From Hyaloraphidium curvatum SAG 235-1 (lineage: Eukaryota > Fungi > Monoblepharomycota), in the NCBI GenBank assembly GCA_025558095.1, contig JAIVFI010000013.1, positions 558,001 through 622,000 of the forward strand: a stretch of DNA of 64,000 bases, written 5' to 3'. The notes beneath the pieces were generated by a model. That model did no database searches. It worked only from the letters and a program-made list of their open reading frames with translations, and was not told the origin of the DNA. This document shows, in pieces, positions 21,808-33,794 of the stretch (within the stretch, counting starts at the first letter, position 1; each line of letters opens with the position of its first letter). The translations under genes and the position numbers were made by a program.

Positions 21808-21998
21808 TCCCGGGAATTGGATCGGGCTGAAGATACCACGCGAGGGCGGGCAGGAGCAACGGCGCCGCGGTGTAAAATTAGTTGTGATTCCCGGCTCTCC
21901 TGCCTTCCGGCGGCATAGATTTATCGACATAGCAAAAGAAGCGTCCGCCCACCCGCGATCCCGACCGTGATCCAGCCAACGGGGCGCCAGCAACGCGC

Positions 21999-22901
21999 CT
22001 ACAGGCATGCTCCGTACCCGATCAGCAGCTGCGCGAGGTAATAGGTGACCATGATAAAGTCCTTCGGGCCGGTTGTGCCCGGTTCGCCAAAGACGGGGAG
22101 GTAGCTGTTCAGGGTGGACAGGAAGGCGGGGTTGAACTTGTCCACGGCCTGCGGGGGAACCGAAAGGTCAGATGACGGCGGCGAGGCGGAACGGCAAGGC
22201 AAGCCCACGATGGTAAAGTCGCTCAGGCAGAAGAGGAACGCCCCCACGGCGGTCGCGTACCACTGCGCGCTCCTCCCCCTCCCCTCCCCGTCAGCCTTCT
22301 CGGGCCTGCTCCCATCTGCCCCCCTGCTCTCCCTCCCCGCGCTCGCGATCGCCTTGTATAGCATCGTCCCGATCGCCGCGTTGTACGCCGCCACGGGGAG
22401 CTTCTCCGCCCGCGGCACGTGCGGCCACACCGCGCTGCCGCAGCCCGCGATGAACGCCAGGACCCCCGCCGCCGCGGCCCAGTCCGTGGGGCCGCCGAGG
22501 GAGGCCATCCCGCGGACGTAGCACAGGTGGCCGAGGAGGAAGCTCGACAGGCCGGCGGTGAAGAAGCGGTGGTCGAGGGGCGTCAGCTCCATGAACACGT
22601 CGCCCAGGGCCGAGGCGGCCAGCCCGGCGGCGACGGAGGGCGTGTGCTCGTCCCTCTGCGGGCCCCTGCGCGGGCCCGAGCGGCGCGCGGCGTCGGCGGC
22701 GATCAGCGCCACCGGGAGCGACTTGACCAGTGCGCCGAGGAGGAGGAACTGCGTCGGCGTGAGGCCGAGCCGTGGGTTGCGCGGGAACAGCAGCCGCGGG
22801 AGGCGCGGCTCGTTGAAGGTCGAGAGGTACAGCGCCATCAGCGAGGCGACGAGGGGGAGCCGCGTGCCGGCCGGGAACGGCGGCGCGGCGGGCGCGGACA
22901 T
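21999..22901 (-). CDS. YhhN/TMEM86 lysoplasmalogenase-like membrane protein
   Basis: LVKSLP, SALGDVFM, GLSSFLLGHLCY, GAFLFCLSD and IMVTYYLAQLLI. Likely in-frame intron at ~22149-22208. Confidence 0.88.
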   Translation of the reverse strand: MSAPAAPPFPAGTRLPLVASLMALYLSTFNEPRLPRLLFPRNPRLGLTPTQFLLLGALVKSLPVALIAADAARRSGPRRGPQRDEHTPSVAAGLAASALGDVFMELTPLDHRFFTAGLSSFLLGHLCYVRGMASLGGPTDWAAAAGVLAFIAGCGSAVWPHVPRAEKLPVAAYNAAIGTMLYKAIASAGRESRGADGSRPEKADGEGRGRSAQWYATAVGAFLFCLSDFTIVGLPCRSASPPSSDLSVPPQAVDKFNPAFLSTLNSYLPVFGEPGTTGPKDFIMVTYYLAQLLIGYGACL

Positions 22902-23781
22902 CGCGGCGGAGGCGGCGGGCGGCGGAAGTCCGGTGTCGGGCTATTCGAAACCAGGCTCCGGATGGCCGGGGCCGCCGGGTCAGGCGCCCTCTGGGGGATG
23001 ACGGGGGATGAGCCTATTGTTTGTGCGGCAAGCGGCAAAGCGGCGGAGGCGGCGGGACCCGCCTGACTTTCCCCCGCGTCCTAGCATATACCTGGGGGAA
23101 CATCTTCCTTCCTCATGGTGCAGGCCGGGACAGTGAGCACGCCGGGACGGAGCCGGCGACCGTCGGGCCGGCAGGATGCCGCGACGTGCGCAACGAAAGC
23201 GTCGCACAGGCCCGGGGCACATCAAAGCACTCTAGAAGCTCTTATCGAGGTCGTGGATGGGGCATTCGACGCGTTGCGGGGCTGAGGCCCGCCGATCCCA
23301 CGTACACCACGTCAAGCCCACCATCGGCCGAGGCCAAGGTCAGGGCTCGACGCGAAGTCGCGGCCGCCCGGCGAGCTGGCGGATCATTATCGGCGGCATC
23401 CTCCCTGCTCGGTCGCGCGGAAGGACATGTCATCCGCCCAGGCCGGTCAGACGACGGAGCGGGCGGGGTCTCGGGCGGAAAACGGCAATTGCTCCGATCC
23501 CACTCCGCATATCGTCGGCCCTCGTCCGGCCACCCGACCGCCTGGCTCCGGGAGAGCCCCACCGCCGCAGCCTCCGTCTACCAAGCGGCCCACGGCTCGC
23601 GCTCGCAGGTTGGACGCCCCGTCCGCCTTGGGCCGGGCCAGCTGACGGCGGCATCATCCTCCCGCGCTCCACCTCCCCCGCGAACTCCCCCGCGCCCGTT
23701 GCCCGTCCCTCGCTCATCAGCAGACTCAACATCCAGCAAGGTCCCGCGCCGCACACCCGCGTCCCTCCTGCTTCGGGCGCA

Positions 23782-24056
23782 ATGCAAATCTTCGTCATGA
23801 CATCGGCGGGCAGGACCCTGACGCTCGACGTCGCGCCGTCCGACGCCATCGAAGACGTCAAGGTGCGCGCGCCGTGCCGCGATGTCCGTCGGTCCTGACC
23901 CCGCGCTGGGCGCAGGCCAAGATTTTCGACAAGCAAGGCACGCCGCCGGATCAGCAGCGCCTCAGCCTGTACGGCAAGCAGCTCGAGGACGGGCTGACTC
24001 TGGCCGAGTACAACGTGCAGCCGGACGCGAAGCTGCACGTCGACCTGCTTTACTGA
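23782..24056 (+). CDS. Divergent 73-aa ubiquitin-like protein lacking the C-terminal di-Gly
   Basis: [27 protein letters not shown] | intron 23863-23915 | [46 protein letters not shown]. Confidence 0.85.
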
Positions 24057-24162
24057 GCGGATTTTTCCGGGGGCAGGGGAGTCGACGAAAGGTTTGGGGG
24101 CTGTTGCCTCGGATGTCACCGATGTTTCATTCGAACAGGTCATCCCGGCAGGGGTAGACGCC

Positions 24163-24957
24163 TCAGAGCAGCGAGCTCCCTCCTCCAGTCCTCACAGTCG
24201 TCCCCGTCGCAAATCCGTCCTTCATGATGTAGAGATACGCTTCCGCCACGTCCTCCACCCTTCCCATCCGCTTGGTCAGAGTTCCCTTGGCGAACCCTTC
24301 GACGGCCTTGGCATCCAGCGGCCCCCACATCTCCGTCAGCACACCCCCCGGCATCACGAGGTTGGCCCTGATCGGCGCCAACTCCACGGCCAGCCCGCGC
24401 GCGAGGCCCTCCATCCCGGCCAGGAACCCGGCCATCACCGCCCACCCCTGCCGCGGCTTGTCCCCGCCCAGGCCCGAGGTGACGGTGAAGGTCGAGTCGG
24501 GCGACACGGCGAGGAATTTCCCGGGCGAAGCCGACAGGTGCCGCGCGATCGCGACGGGGGCGAAGAAGCGCACCTGCCCCGCCGCCTGGACCGTCGCGGC
24601 GTCGAAGGAAGAGAGCGGGCCGATGCGGAGCTTGTCCCCCGCGGTGTGGGCGATGTGGTCGCACGCGCCGCCGAGCGCCGCCACCGCGTCTTGGAGCAGC
24701 TTGAGCGCGTTGGCGTCGGCCGTCGCCGGGTTTCCGAGGTCGGCGGCGGAACCCGTCGCGTGGCCCTGCGGGTACGCCTCCTTGAGCCGGCGGACGGCGT
24801 CGTCCACGCGTTGGGGGTTGGCGGACGCGACGTGCACGCGGGCGCCGGCGGCGAGGGAGGCCAGGGCGACGCCGAAGCCGATGCCGGAACTGCCGCCGAC
24901 GACCAAGACGCGCTTGCCGGCGAGCTTGGAGGTCGGGAACGGGGCCTGCGGGGCCAT
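24163..24957 (-). CDS. Short-chain dehydrogenase/reductase
   Basis: VVGGSSGIG Rossmann motif, GLAVELAPIRAN, RMGRVEDVAEAYLY and TGTTVRTGGG. Confidence 0.9.
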   Translation of the reverse strand: MAPQAPFPTSKLAGKRVLVVGGSSGIGFGVALASLAAGARVHVASANPQRVDDAVRRLKEAYPQGHATGSAADLGNPATADANALKLLQDAVAALGGACDHIAHTAGDKLRIGPLSSFDAATVQAAGQVRFFAPVAIARHLSASPGKFLAVSPDSTFTVTSGLGGDKPRQGWAVMAGFLAGMEGLARGLAVELAPIRANLVMPGGVLTEMWGPLDAKAVEGFAKGTLTKRMGRVEDVAEAYLYIMKDGFATGTTVRTGGGSSLL

Positions 24958-25138
24958 CGTTTGGAGGAAAAGGAAAGGCACGGGAGACACACACTGGGCG
25001 ATCGGCCGCCACCACCTCCGTCCTTGAGAGCGGTGTCGATCAGACCGCATTGCTCGTTTTTCGGATGATTTTCTTCGGATTTTGCAGGGGCCGGCGGCGT
25101 GGCGCCGCCTGCTCCATGTTCCATGCCCGACGTCTAAT

Positions 25139-26770
25139 CTACACGTGCATCCAGCGCCAACCCTTCCCCACCCGCAGCCACACCGTCATCGCCACCAGCA
25201 CCACCTGCGCAGCCCCGCCATAGGCGATCACCGGTGCCCAGTTCGTGGACAGCCGCGCGCCGCCCTCGCCAAAGGCCGAGTTGGCGTCCGCAATGGCGCC
25301 GAGCACGGCCCCGGCGACCAGCGTGCCGGGCGCCATCCAGACGAAGATCATGCCGACGGTCGAGGCGAAGTTCTTCTGCCCGAATGCGCCGGCGGCGATG
25401 TTGGAGACGAGCACGGGGAAGGGCGCGCCGAAGTAGCCGGTCATGATGCAGAAGGCCAGCAGCCCGGCGCCGGTGGTGGAGACGCAGAGGATGTAGACGG
25501 GGAAGAAGGAGAGCAGCACGCCGATGTTGACGAGGACGGCGAAGTTGAGGATGCCCAGGCGGCCGATGACGAAGCCGGAGGTCAGCTGTCCGATGCCGGT
25601 GCAGACGTTGAGGACGGCGAGGCAGACGGCGGCCGAGATGCCGTTGGCCAGTGGCCCGAGATCCGACATTTGCTGCGGGAGGAAGAACAAGGGCACTGCG
25701 AACCATGACCGCGAGGCGTCAGAGGAATTTTGGGACCGGTCCGGGGCCCGGTCACCCACCAAGAAAGTTCGAAGGGAAGAAAAAGCACATGGCCGCGAGC
25801 TTCCAGTAAGTGGCGTTCCTGAAGAGCGTCGCGTCGATGAGCTTCCTGCCCGCCTTGCGCGGCGGCAGGTCCTTGCGGGTCCGGAGCATCAGGGCCGCGC
25901 AGAACAAGATGGCACCTCCGACGATTCCGATCCCGCGCATTGCCCACCGCCACCCGAAGCTGTCCAGCAGCACTTGGCTGACGGGGGTCAGCACCGCGCC
26001 GCCGAACCCTACGCCGGACATCCCGATCCCGATCGCGAGCGGCAGCCGCCGATAAAAGTACTGCCCGGGCAGCCCGAGCGCGGGCGTGATGAGGCAAGAG
26101 AAGCCGAGGCCTTGGATGATGGTGCCGACAAAGAGCGTCCAGACTTGGTTCGCAAACGAGTTGGTGACCCCCGCGACCACCGTCAGGATCGCTCCGGTGC
26201 AAGCCACTCCGCGGTACGAAATCCGGTCGGCCAGGGCGCCCGTTACAGGGCCATCTGGTTGGCGGAGGGGTGAGTGGGGAGCGGCGCGGCGGTTGCTGCG
26301 GCCGACGCACAGAGGTTCATGCCGACCATCGTCAGGGACGCACACAGCGAGAGCTGCGTGTTGGCGGCGCCCGGGAACGTCCCCGTGTTGACAAAGTAGC
26401 CGATGAAGACGCCGACGGAGTTGGCGATGCCGCAGACAAAGAATTCTACGAGGAACATGGCGAAGACGACTGTCCACGCCACGAACCCGCCGTCCGGGAA
26501 GTCCGGCGTCGGGGGGGCTCCCTCGACGTCGGCATCCTTGTCGATCGCATCCTTGCCGGGGCCCTCCTTGGAGTCGTCCACCACGACGGTGTCGTCGTCC
26601 GAGGGGAGCCGTGCTGTGGCAAAAGTGCCCTTTTCCGGACCCGCCGGGAGACACACTTCGCCCGGCTCGGGTGGGGGCGCCGCGGCCAAAGAGGCGACCA
26701 GCGCCTCCTCCGCAGCTGCCGGAGGCTCGGCATTGCCGGATCCGTCCCCGTTTCCGTCGGCGGGTGCCAT
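25139..26770 (-). CDS. MFS monocarboxylate-transporter-like (MCT/MCH) permease, spliced
   Basis: PDFPDGGFVAWTVV, GALADRISYR, QYFYRRLPLAIGIGMSGVGFGG and FGWRWAMR. Introns near 26250-26310 and 25680-25760. Confidence 0.85.
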
Positions 26771-27114
26771 CGCTGCGAATGCGGCCAAGCCCTTCGGTGC
26801 CTGCGCCAACGCCGCTCACTCACTCGCCTCCGCGATTTAGCACCTCAGTTCGACGAATTTCTTCTAGGAGACTGAAGAGCCCCATCGATCGGCCTGCTCC
26901 TATTGCAGCGAAGAACACTCGGACCCGATGTCTCCCATCCATCCTCCCGAAGCAAAATAACCTGGAGTCAGCGTCGGCCTGTTGTGGAAAGGGAAGCACC
27001 CAAAGTTGATGATTGGTCGGCAGCGAAAGCATCAATTCACATTATCGCAACTTCTTTGCCATCCGCATGACTATCTGTCTCTCCTTCCGATTCGCGAACT
27101 CGTATTCTGGTCCC

Positions 27115-28151
27115 TCACTCGCGCATCTGCTTGCACTCCTTGTGGTGCCTCTCCATCCAGTCCGTAGTCTGGCAGACGGGACCGCAGTAGAAGATCGAGT
27201 GGCACTCGGAGCACGCGCTGATTCCGTCCTCTACCCCGCAGACCCGGCACGCGAGAGCAGGGAAGCCGCCGACGTCACCGCCCGAGTCGGTTCCCTTGGG
27301 GAAGAAGTCGACTTCGATCGCGCAGATCAGGCCCCTGCAGCGGAGAATGTTAGTGATCGTGCATCATGCTGTGGAGTGCCGAGCTTACTTGGTGTCGCGG
27401 CGGAGCTTGACGGGGTAGAGCCCGTCCCCGAGTCCAGTCTTGACCGACAGCGTCTTCTGGCCCTCAGTGACGAAGTCCTCTTCGAAAATCTCGTCGTGGA
27501 TCGCCACCTTGCCCGACTCCAGCCTCATCGACCCGACGAAGAGGTGCCCGCGGCTCTGGTCCTCCTCCCCCGCGCACGATCGGAAAACGAAGTCGGGCCT
27601 GGCGAGCCACGCGCTCCCGACCCTGATCCCCTTGTCGGCGAAGTCAATCAGGCGCACGGAAAGCTGCCAAACCGTGCCGGGCTGCGCGGAGTCGACGACG
27701 GCGGCATCGAAACCTCCCTGGTTGTACGTCCCGTCGGTTGCGAAGGCCCATTCGCCGTCCTTCCCGGTTCCCATGTGGTACTGTCCGTGGGCCAGGTCGC
27801 GATCGGTAGGCACCGCGGTGAAGCAGACCTGCGCGGAATCAGCCGATACGTGAAGTCCGACGTCTCCCTTCTCGCGGGCGGCCAGCGCGTGGGGCATCGC
27901 ATGGTCGGGCCGGTTGACTTCGAGGGTCGTCGCAGTAACAAAGGTCGGCAGGACGTCGGCGTAGGTGGGCACGGGACTGCCAGGAGGTGCAAAGCCGTTG
28001 ACGACGGGGAGGTTCTTGCGGAGGCGCAGCTCAGCGGTGGTGAAGAGGCGAGTCGCTGAAAAGGGCGGCGTGGGAGGTGCAACGAAGGCGGGAGCCGTCA
28101 GCTGCGCAGGAAGGGAAGCTCAAGGAGCTCATTACAAGCGGCGTCGGTCAT
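27115..28151 (-). CDS. DUF4241-like domain + C-terminal MYND zinc finger (spliced)
   Basis: ATG 28151 (MTDAA|STRLF); introns ~28056-28135 and ~27335-27388. GLGDGLYPV..GLICAIEVDF, then CRVCGVEDGISACSECHSIFYCGPVCQTTDWMERHHKEC. Confidence 0.7.
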
Positions 28152-28298
28152 TTTTGTCGGCCAGCAGCTGGAGGAGGCGGGATTTCGTTTCGGAGGTGAA
28201 AGGAGAAAATGATGGAGGCGCATCGACGCGTTCTGCCAAAAAGAAACCGAACGCGTCGAGCCGAGCGCAAAAGACGCGTCTAACATCTCTAGAAAACC

Positions 28299-29547
28299 AT
28301 GGATGATCTGTCGTCAAGTACCAGCGACGGTCGGCCGGCCCCGGGCACGGAGGACGCCTCGCCGCCGCGCCCCGCGCAGACAAAGCCCGCAGAGAAAATC
28401 CTCGACCTCTTCTGCAAAGCCGTAGCGGACGCTGACCACGCCGCGGCAAAGATCATCGAAGTCGCGGGACGGTGCGATGCGGGCGAGGCGGACCCGGCGA
28501 ACGGCCAGAACGGGACGCGTGCGGCTGCCGGATTCTGGGGCGCCGTTACCGCCGACGAAGGGCCGGGGTTTCAACTGCAACGCGCTGCGGAGCTCATGGA
28601 GATGCTGGGCATATTGGACTAAATTCCTTCCACGTTTCTGGCCTCCAAAGTGAAGGCGAGCGCGGCGATGCTCGGGATGCCGGAGATCGAGCTCCTCCAG
28701 CTGATGCGGCGTCCGCTGGACGAGGGTGACCTCCCCGATCTCTTCGACCGTGCCTTGCTGGCGACGTGGCCGGCATTGAGGAGGATCTGCATGTTTCGGC
28801 TGAACCTCTGCGTGCTGCGCGCCTTGGGAGTACCGATCGATCCATCCGCCGTCTGCAAGAAGCTTTGGACTCCACTCACCTTTGGCGGAAAGCACCCGTT
28901 CAACACGGAATGGATCTCGTTGCGCCTCGCCGAAGCTCTCTTTACCCAACGGGCTTTCGATTTCGCGGAGAACAGCATTTACCGTTGCATCCATGCCTTC
29001 GTCCAGGCAAAGAGCGCACGCCGGCGGATCAAGGCCGACGTGGACTTTGCGGATCTTATTGTTTTTTCAATGATCGATCTCTGCCGTGTGTGGTGCTGCA
29101 TCCTCGTCCTTCACCCGGCTCCGAACACGGTCGTGAATCCCATCTCGTTCCTGTCGCACCTCAAGTCGCCCTGCGACCTCGTGCAAACCGCCGTGAACTA
29201 CGCAAACGCGGTCTTCTTCCCCAACCGCATCGGTGGGAGAGTCCGGATGCCCGGGGGAGGGACTGTCGAGGATTGCATCAACGAGATCATGTTCGGTCTC
29301 GGCTTCATCAGCGGATTTGTTCACGAGGAGTTTCCCCGCGGGCTCGAGAAGAATTGCCCGGCGCCGAAACCTGTCGTCCGAAACGCACGCTGCCACGTGC
29401 GACGAATGCGGGCGAGCCGCAGCCGATGGGGCCAAGCTGATGCGGTGCGGGAGGTGCAAGGCGGCGCGGTACTGCAGCCGGGCGTGCCAGCGGTCGGCGT
29501 GGAAGGAGCACAAGGCCAACTGCGTGGACGTCTTCCGATCCGCGTGA
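28299..29547 (+). pseudogene. MYND-finger protein, probably disrupted
   Basis: In-frame TAA at 28620-28622 and a frame change near 29370 before CDECGRAAADGAKLMRCGRCKAARYCSRACQRSAWKEHKANC. No clear GT-AG introns at either site. Confidence 0.55.
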
Positions 29548-30832
29548 CGCGCGCTTCGGATGATCAGCTAGCTGGTTCAGTCTACGTCGATGTCCGGATA
29601 TCAGCTAATCGAACCATACCCTCACTCGTCCCCGTTCCTGCTACATCGATCATCCCCCCGCCGCCTCCTTCTTCCTCAACTCCCCCGCCAGCGCCGCCAT
29701 CCCCACCCCCACGAACGCCGCCCACACCCCCCTGACCACGCCCCACTCCTCCCATACCACCCAGAGCAGGTGCGCGGGGCTCGCGATGCCGTTGCACAGC
29801 AGCGCGGTCTGCGCGACCGCGGCGGAGGCCCTGTCCCCCGGATCGGGGAGGGAGAGGGAGGAGAGGAGCGTGGAGAGGCCGAGGAGGAAGTAGCCGGTGG
29901 CCTGCGAAGGCGTCTTCAGGGCTTCCGCGGGTGTGGCAACACCGGACTCAGACTTACTTCAAGCAAGGCTAGAGAGCGGCCAGTGGAGATGGAGAATGCG
30001 GCGAGCATCTTGGAGCCCCTGGGTCCTTTGCCGAGGTCCTGCAAAGAAATCGATCAGCTCGTGTCTTGGTGGCGTCGGTGAGGAAGCCCGCACCGCCAAC
30101 GCCTGCACGCAGTGGACCCAGAGCGCAATGCCCGCCGACCCGAGCTCGGCGCGGATAGCAGCACGAGAAAGGTGCTTCCGGTCGTCGGCGGCGAGGTCCA
30201 TGTGCAAGCACGTGGTTGCGAGGAGGAGCGACGAGTGCAGGACGCAAGGCGGGAGACAGATGATGACGGGGTGGACGAGGCCGAAGTCCGAGGCGGCTGG
30301 CCGATCGTTCAGAGCTCCGGCAGCATCGAGTCAGGAGATGGGAAGCAACTGACCGACGGAGAGCGCGAAAGACAGGGTCCCCGCCGCGGCGAGCTGCGCG
30401 GCGCTGCGGCCGAGGCGGAGCCGCCAGGGCGCGGGGAGGAGGTGGAGGAGGCGTTCGGGCCAGAGCGGGAGCAAGTAGACCTGTTCCGATATTTGGAAGC
30501 TTGCCATCCCCCGGGGCCGGCCGCAAACGAACGGGAAACAGAATGGCAGAATGGCTGTGCGCGATTACGTGGCGCGAGGACTCGACCTCGGCCGCTTTCG
30601 CCGCTCCCGCGGTAAAGAACTCTCGTATCCTGAAAAAGATGCTTGTCGGACTAAACAAGCTCGAGATTCAGCGACGCAATGCTTCGATCTGCAGGCTTGT
30701 GCCTTCGCAGATCAGCTTCTCATGCGGACAGGTGACGGGGACCTGCGTCCCCAGCTTGGAGACCTCGTTCACACCCCTCAGAGTCGGACCAGGCGCGATA
30801 AGGCCACGTCATCGACCGCCGCTTCCACGCCA

Positions 30833-32069
30833 ATGCCGCCCGCCGCCGCCATGCCCGCGGTGTACGCGCGCGCCGGGCTGGGCTCCGTGCCGCCGGAGCT
30901 CGTCGAGCAGATCCTGCGGCACCTGCCGCTCCCCGCCGTCGAGGCCACCGCGCGCCGCGTCAACAAGCGATTTCGGGCCGTCGGCGGCCGTCGGCGGCGC
31001 GCACGTGCGGCGGCGGCTCGGCGCGCTGCGACTGCACCCCCTGCCCCACGCGGACGACGCGCTCGTCGAGCTCGGCCGCTACATCGCCGCGCTGCCGCCG
31101 TTCTCCTCCCAAAGGCCGCTTCCGCGCTGCTGGCCGCCGTCGGCTCCGGTTGCGGTGGGGCGCCGTGCTGCTGGCCTGCCGCCGCGATCGTTGCCGTCGT
31201 CTGCTCCGCGTTCAACCTGGCGAGCCACCGCTTGGTCTCCGTCGACACGCAGGGCGTCGCCAGCTTCATCAGGGCCGCCTCCGAGGTCTCCGGCCTGCCC
31301 GTGGCCGCGTACGTCAGCGATGTTCTGGCCGCGGCGTTCAAGGTCTCCGGAGCGAGGTTCCTCGCGCACGCATGCGGCGTCGCTGGACGAGCTCGCGCGC
31401 CACGCCAACGATGCCCTGCGCGCCAAGGACAAGGCGTTTCTCCGCGCATGGGAAGGCAAATGGTTCGACAGCAGGAAGAAAATCTCGGCCACGGCGCTGA
31501 AGCATTACCTCGGCGAAATCACCGGCCGGGGGCCGCACCGCCCCACCGTCACGGAAGTCTTTGCCGGACTCATGGAGTCCACGGCGGCGAGGGGATACGG
31601 GAATGTCGAGCAGGAAATCCGCAGCCTCCTGGCGTCCGAGTGGCCCACGGTCGGAGCCCCTCCCGAAGGGAGCGAGCTGCGCGAGGCCAACCCGTTCTCG
31701 GTCGGCCGTTGGATTCCGGTCGGCGTCGGGACCCCCGAGGCCGCGGCTGCCAACGCCCTGCTGGACCGCTGGGAGAAGAATGCGCGCTGGGCGCTACCGT
31801 GGATGCACGTGGAGCGCTTCTCGATCCTGTGGAAGCCGGACGCCGGCCAGACGGCCGAGGTTACGGCGCACGAGGCGTTCATCCTGCAGGCCGCCAAGGG
31901 TCTGCTGGATTCCGCCCGGCGGTTCTCGGCCGCGCCGTTCGACTGGGTCGGACACGTGCGGGGGATGGACTTCGAGGAGACGGACCCCGGCAGGTGGGAG
32001 GCGTGGTTCGCGGAGGGCGTCGAACGGTTCCGATTCCAAGGCGGGAACGGCCCACTGCGGAGCGCGTGA
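30833..32069 (+). pseudogene. F-box protein gene with about three frameshifts
   Basis: F-box LGSVPPELVEQILRHLP..RRVNKRF. Protein-like sequence alternates between two frames; the first shift coincides with a 10-bp duplication gccgtcggcg at ~30977-30996. Confidence 0.65.
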
Positions 32070-32196
32070 TTGCTTCGGCCGAAGAGCTCGACAACGAACG
32101 GAGATTCTGATTATCAGCGACATGAGCAACATGGATTATGAATGACTACATTCTCCATTCCTGACTTTCCGAGTCCTCGCCGACGCCCCTCGAGCT

Positions 32197-32719
32197 TCAT
32201 TGCTTGGTCACGTCGGCAGGCCCGTCAACGGGAGCGTCCAGGTACCCTTTCGCGTCCGCCGCGCCGTCCTCCATCGCCGGCCCGGCCTCGTTGGGGACCA
32301 CCCGGATGGGCCGGCACGTGATGTAGGTGAAGAGCGCCAGCAGGGCGGCACCGACGCCGACGAGCAGGAACCCGACGAAGAAGAACCCATCGGCCTGGAA
32401 ACAGGGCGTCAGCACCGTCCCGGCCGTCCGCCGGGAGCAGCAAGCCCACCTCGCACCAGTCGTCCCCGTCGCAGCCGTCCACCTCGCTGAACGACACCGC
32501 CACGCAGCCCATGCCGACGAGCAGGAACAGCGTGCCGAAGGGCATCGCGAGGGCGAACGCCATGGCGCGGCGGAGGTGCTCCCGCGAGGGGGGGGCGGCG
32601 ACCGCGCGGAGGGGGATGATGTCGGGGATGATGTCGGTCATCGCCGGCGCGGCCGAGTAGGCGGGGAGCTGCTCCGCGGGCGCGGGGGAGGAGGGGGAGG
32701 GGAGCTGCTTTGTGTCCAT
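32197..32719 (-). CDS. Small two-TM membrane protein with an LPAY motif (spliced)
   Basis: MDTKQLP..LPAY..TM1..CDGDDWCE | GTGGGC..CCAG | ADGFFFVGFLLVGVGAALLALFTYI. Confidence 0.6.
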
Positions 32720-33017
32720 GTTTCGGGAGCTGCGATGGTGTCCGAGTGTGCTCGGGAGAGGTGAAGTGGGTCTGCGGCGAATCAGCAGGGGCCAACGGCG
32801 CGCCCCGGCGAGTCGGGGCTTCGTCCTCAGCTGCCTCGATTCGCGGCGAGCAATGCCGCCGGTCTCTCCCAGAACAAGAAACATGAGCATCAGTATCGAA
32901 TCCATCTCCGAGGTTTACATGCGCTGCTCGCAGTCACTCTATGCTCGTTCGTCCGTCGACGCTCTACACCTTACGAAGCATCAATCGAGCGTTCTGATCG
33001 GCCGCAGCAACAAGCGG

Positions 33018-33653
33018 TCAGTTGTCGGGCCGATAAGGCTCCTCGCGCACGGCGTGGGCGAGAACCAGCTTGGAGAGAAAGATCGGCGCGAACCAGGCCC
33101 ATCCCCCGGGCGCGGGGAGGTACTCCTGAAGCGACATCGCGGTGACGAGAAAGAGCATTGCCAGCGGCCTGGCGAGATAGAGTGGAGAATAATGGACGGC
33201 AGCAGCGCCGGCCAGAGAGTAGGAGTACAGCGCGGAACCCCAGAGCAAGTGCCTGCCGGGGTAGAGGGCCGCGACCACGATCGGGTGGACGTGCAGGGCC
33301 GTGAATCCCATGGTGTTGTGCAGGAATCTGCCGAGCCGCGTCGCCGATGCCGGAACCGGTCCGTGATACAGCCTCTTGCAGGTCGACAACGAGTTGGCGA
33401 CAGCTCCGCCGGCGACGTCGAGCACCATCGCGGCCGCGAAAGCATAATGCCACCACCGCCAGCCGACAATCGGCGAGAACGATGCCCGATACGCGAGCGA
33501 CGCGAGTCCGGGGACCGCAGCAGCCCACAGCAGCGCGTTTTCTGCCGCGGTCGCGCCCGGTCCGACGAGCCAGTCGTCCACGCTGTCGGCCGCCCCATCG
33601 GGCAGGGACCAGTCGATGTTGGCATTGGGGGTATGCGAGGGGCCTTTGACCAT
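33018..33653 (-). CDS. Intronless membrane protein resembling an uncharacterised bacterial family
   Basis: LVGPGAT..E, DVAGGAVANSLSTCKRLYH, LHVHPI and KLVLAHAVREEPYRP, recalled from bacterial hypothetical proteins. Confidence 0.65.
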   Translation of the reverse strand: MVKGPSHTPNANIDWSLPDGAADSVDDWLVGPGATAAENALLWAAAVPGLASLAYRASFSPIVGWRWWHYAFAAAMVLDVAGGAVANSLSTCKRLYHGPVPASATRLGRFLHNTMGFTALHVHPIVVAALYPGRHLLWGSALYSYSLAGAAAVHYSPLYLARPLAMLFLVTAMSLQEYLPAPGGWAWFAPIFLSKLVLAHAVREEPYRPDN

Positions 33654-33794
33654 CTCGTAAAGAGCAGATTGGGAGCTTCAGCCGAACTGATGGGCCACGG
33701 AATGTTGGCTTCGGCACGGATCCGCGGGCGGGTTTCAGTTCTTCCGCAGCGGACAAACAAGCGTTGATATTGATTCACCATCGTTTGTAGTTGT

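Noticed and set aside
29900-30400. Possible small gene or remnant between the MYND and F-box pseudogenes
   Set aside because: No recognisable motif or consistent frame.
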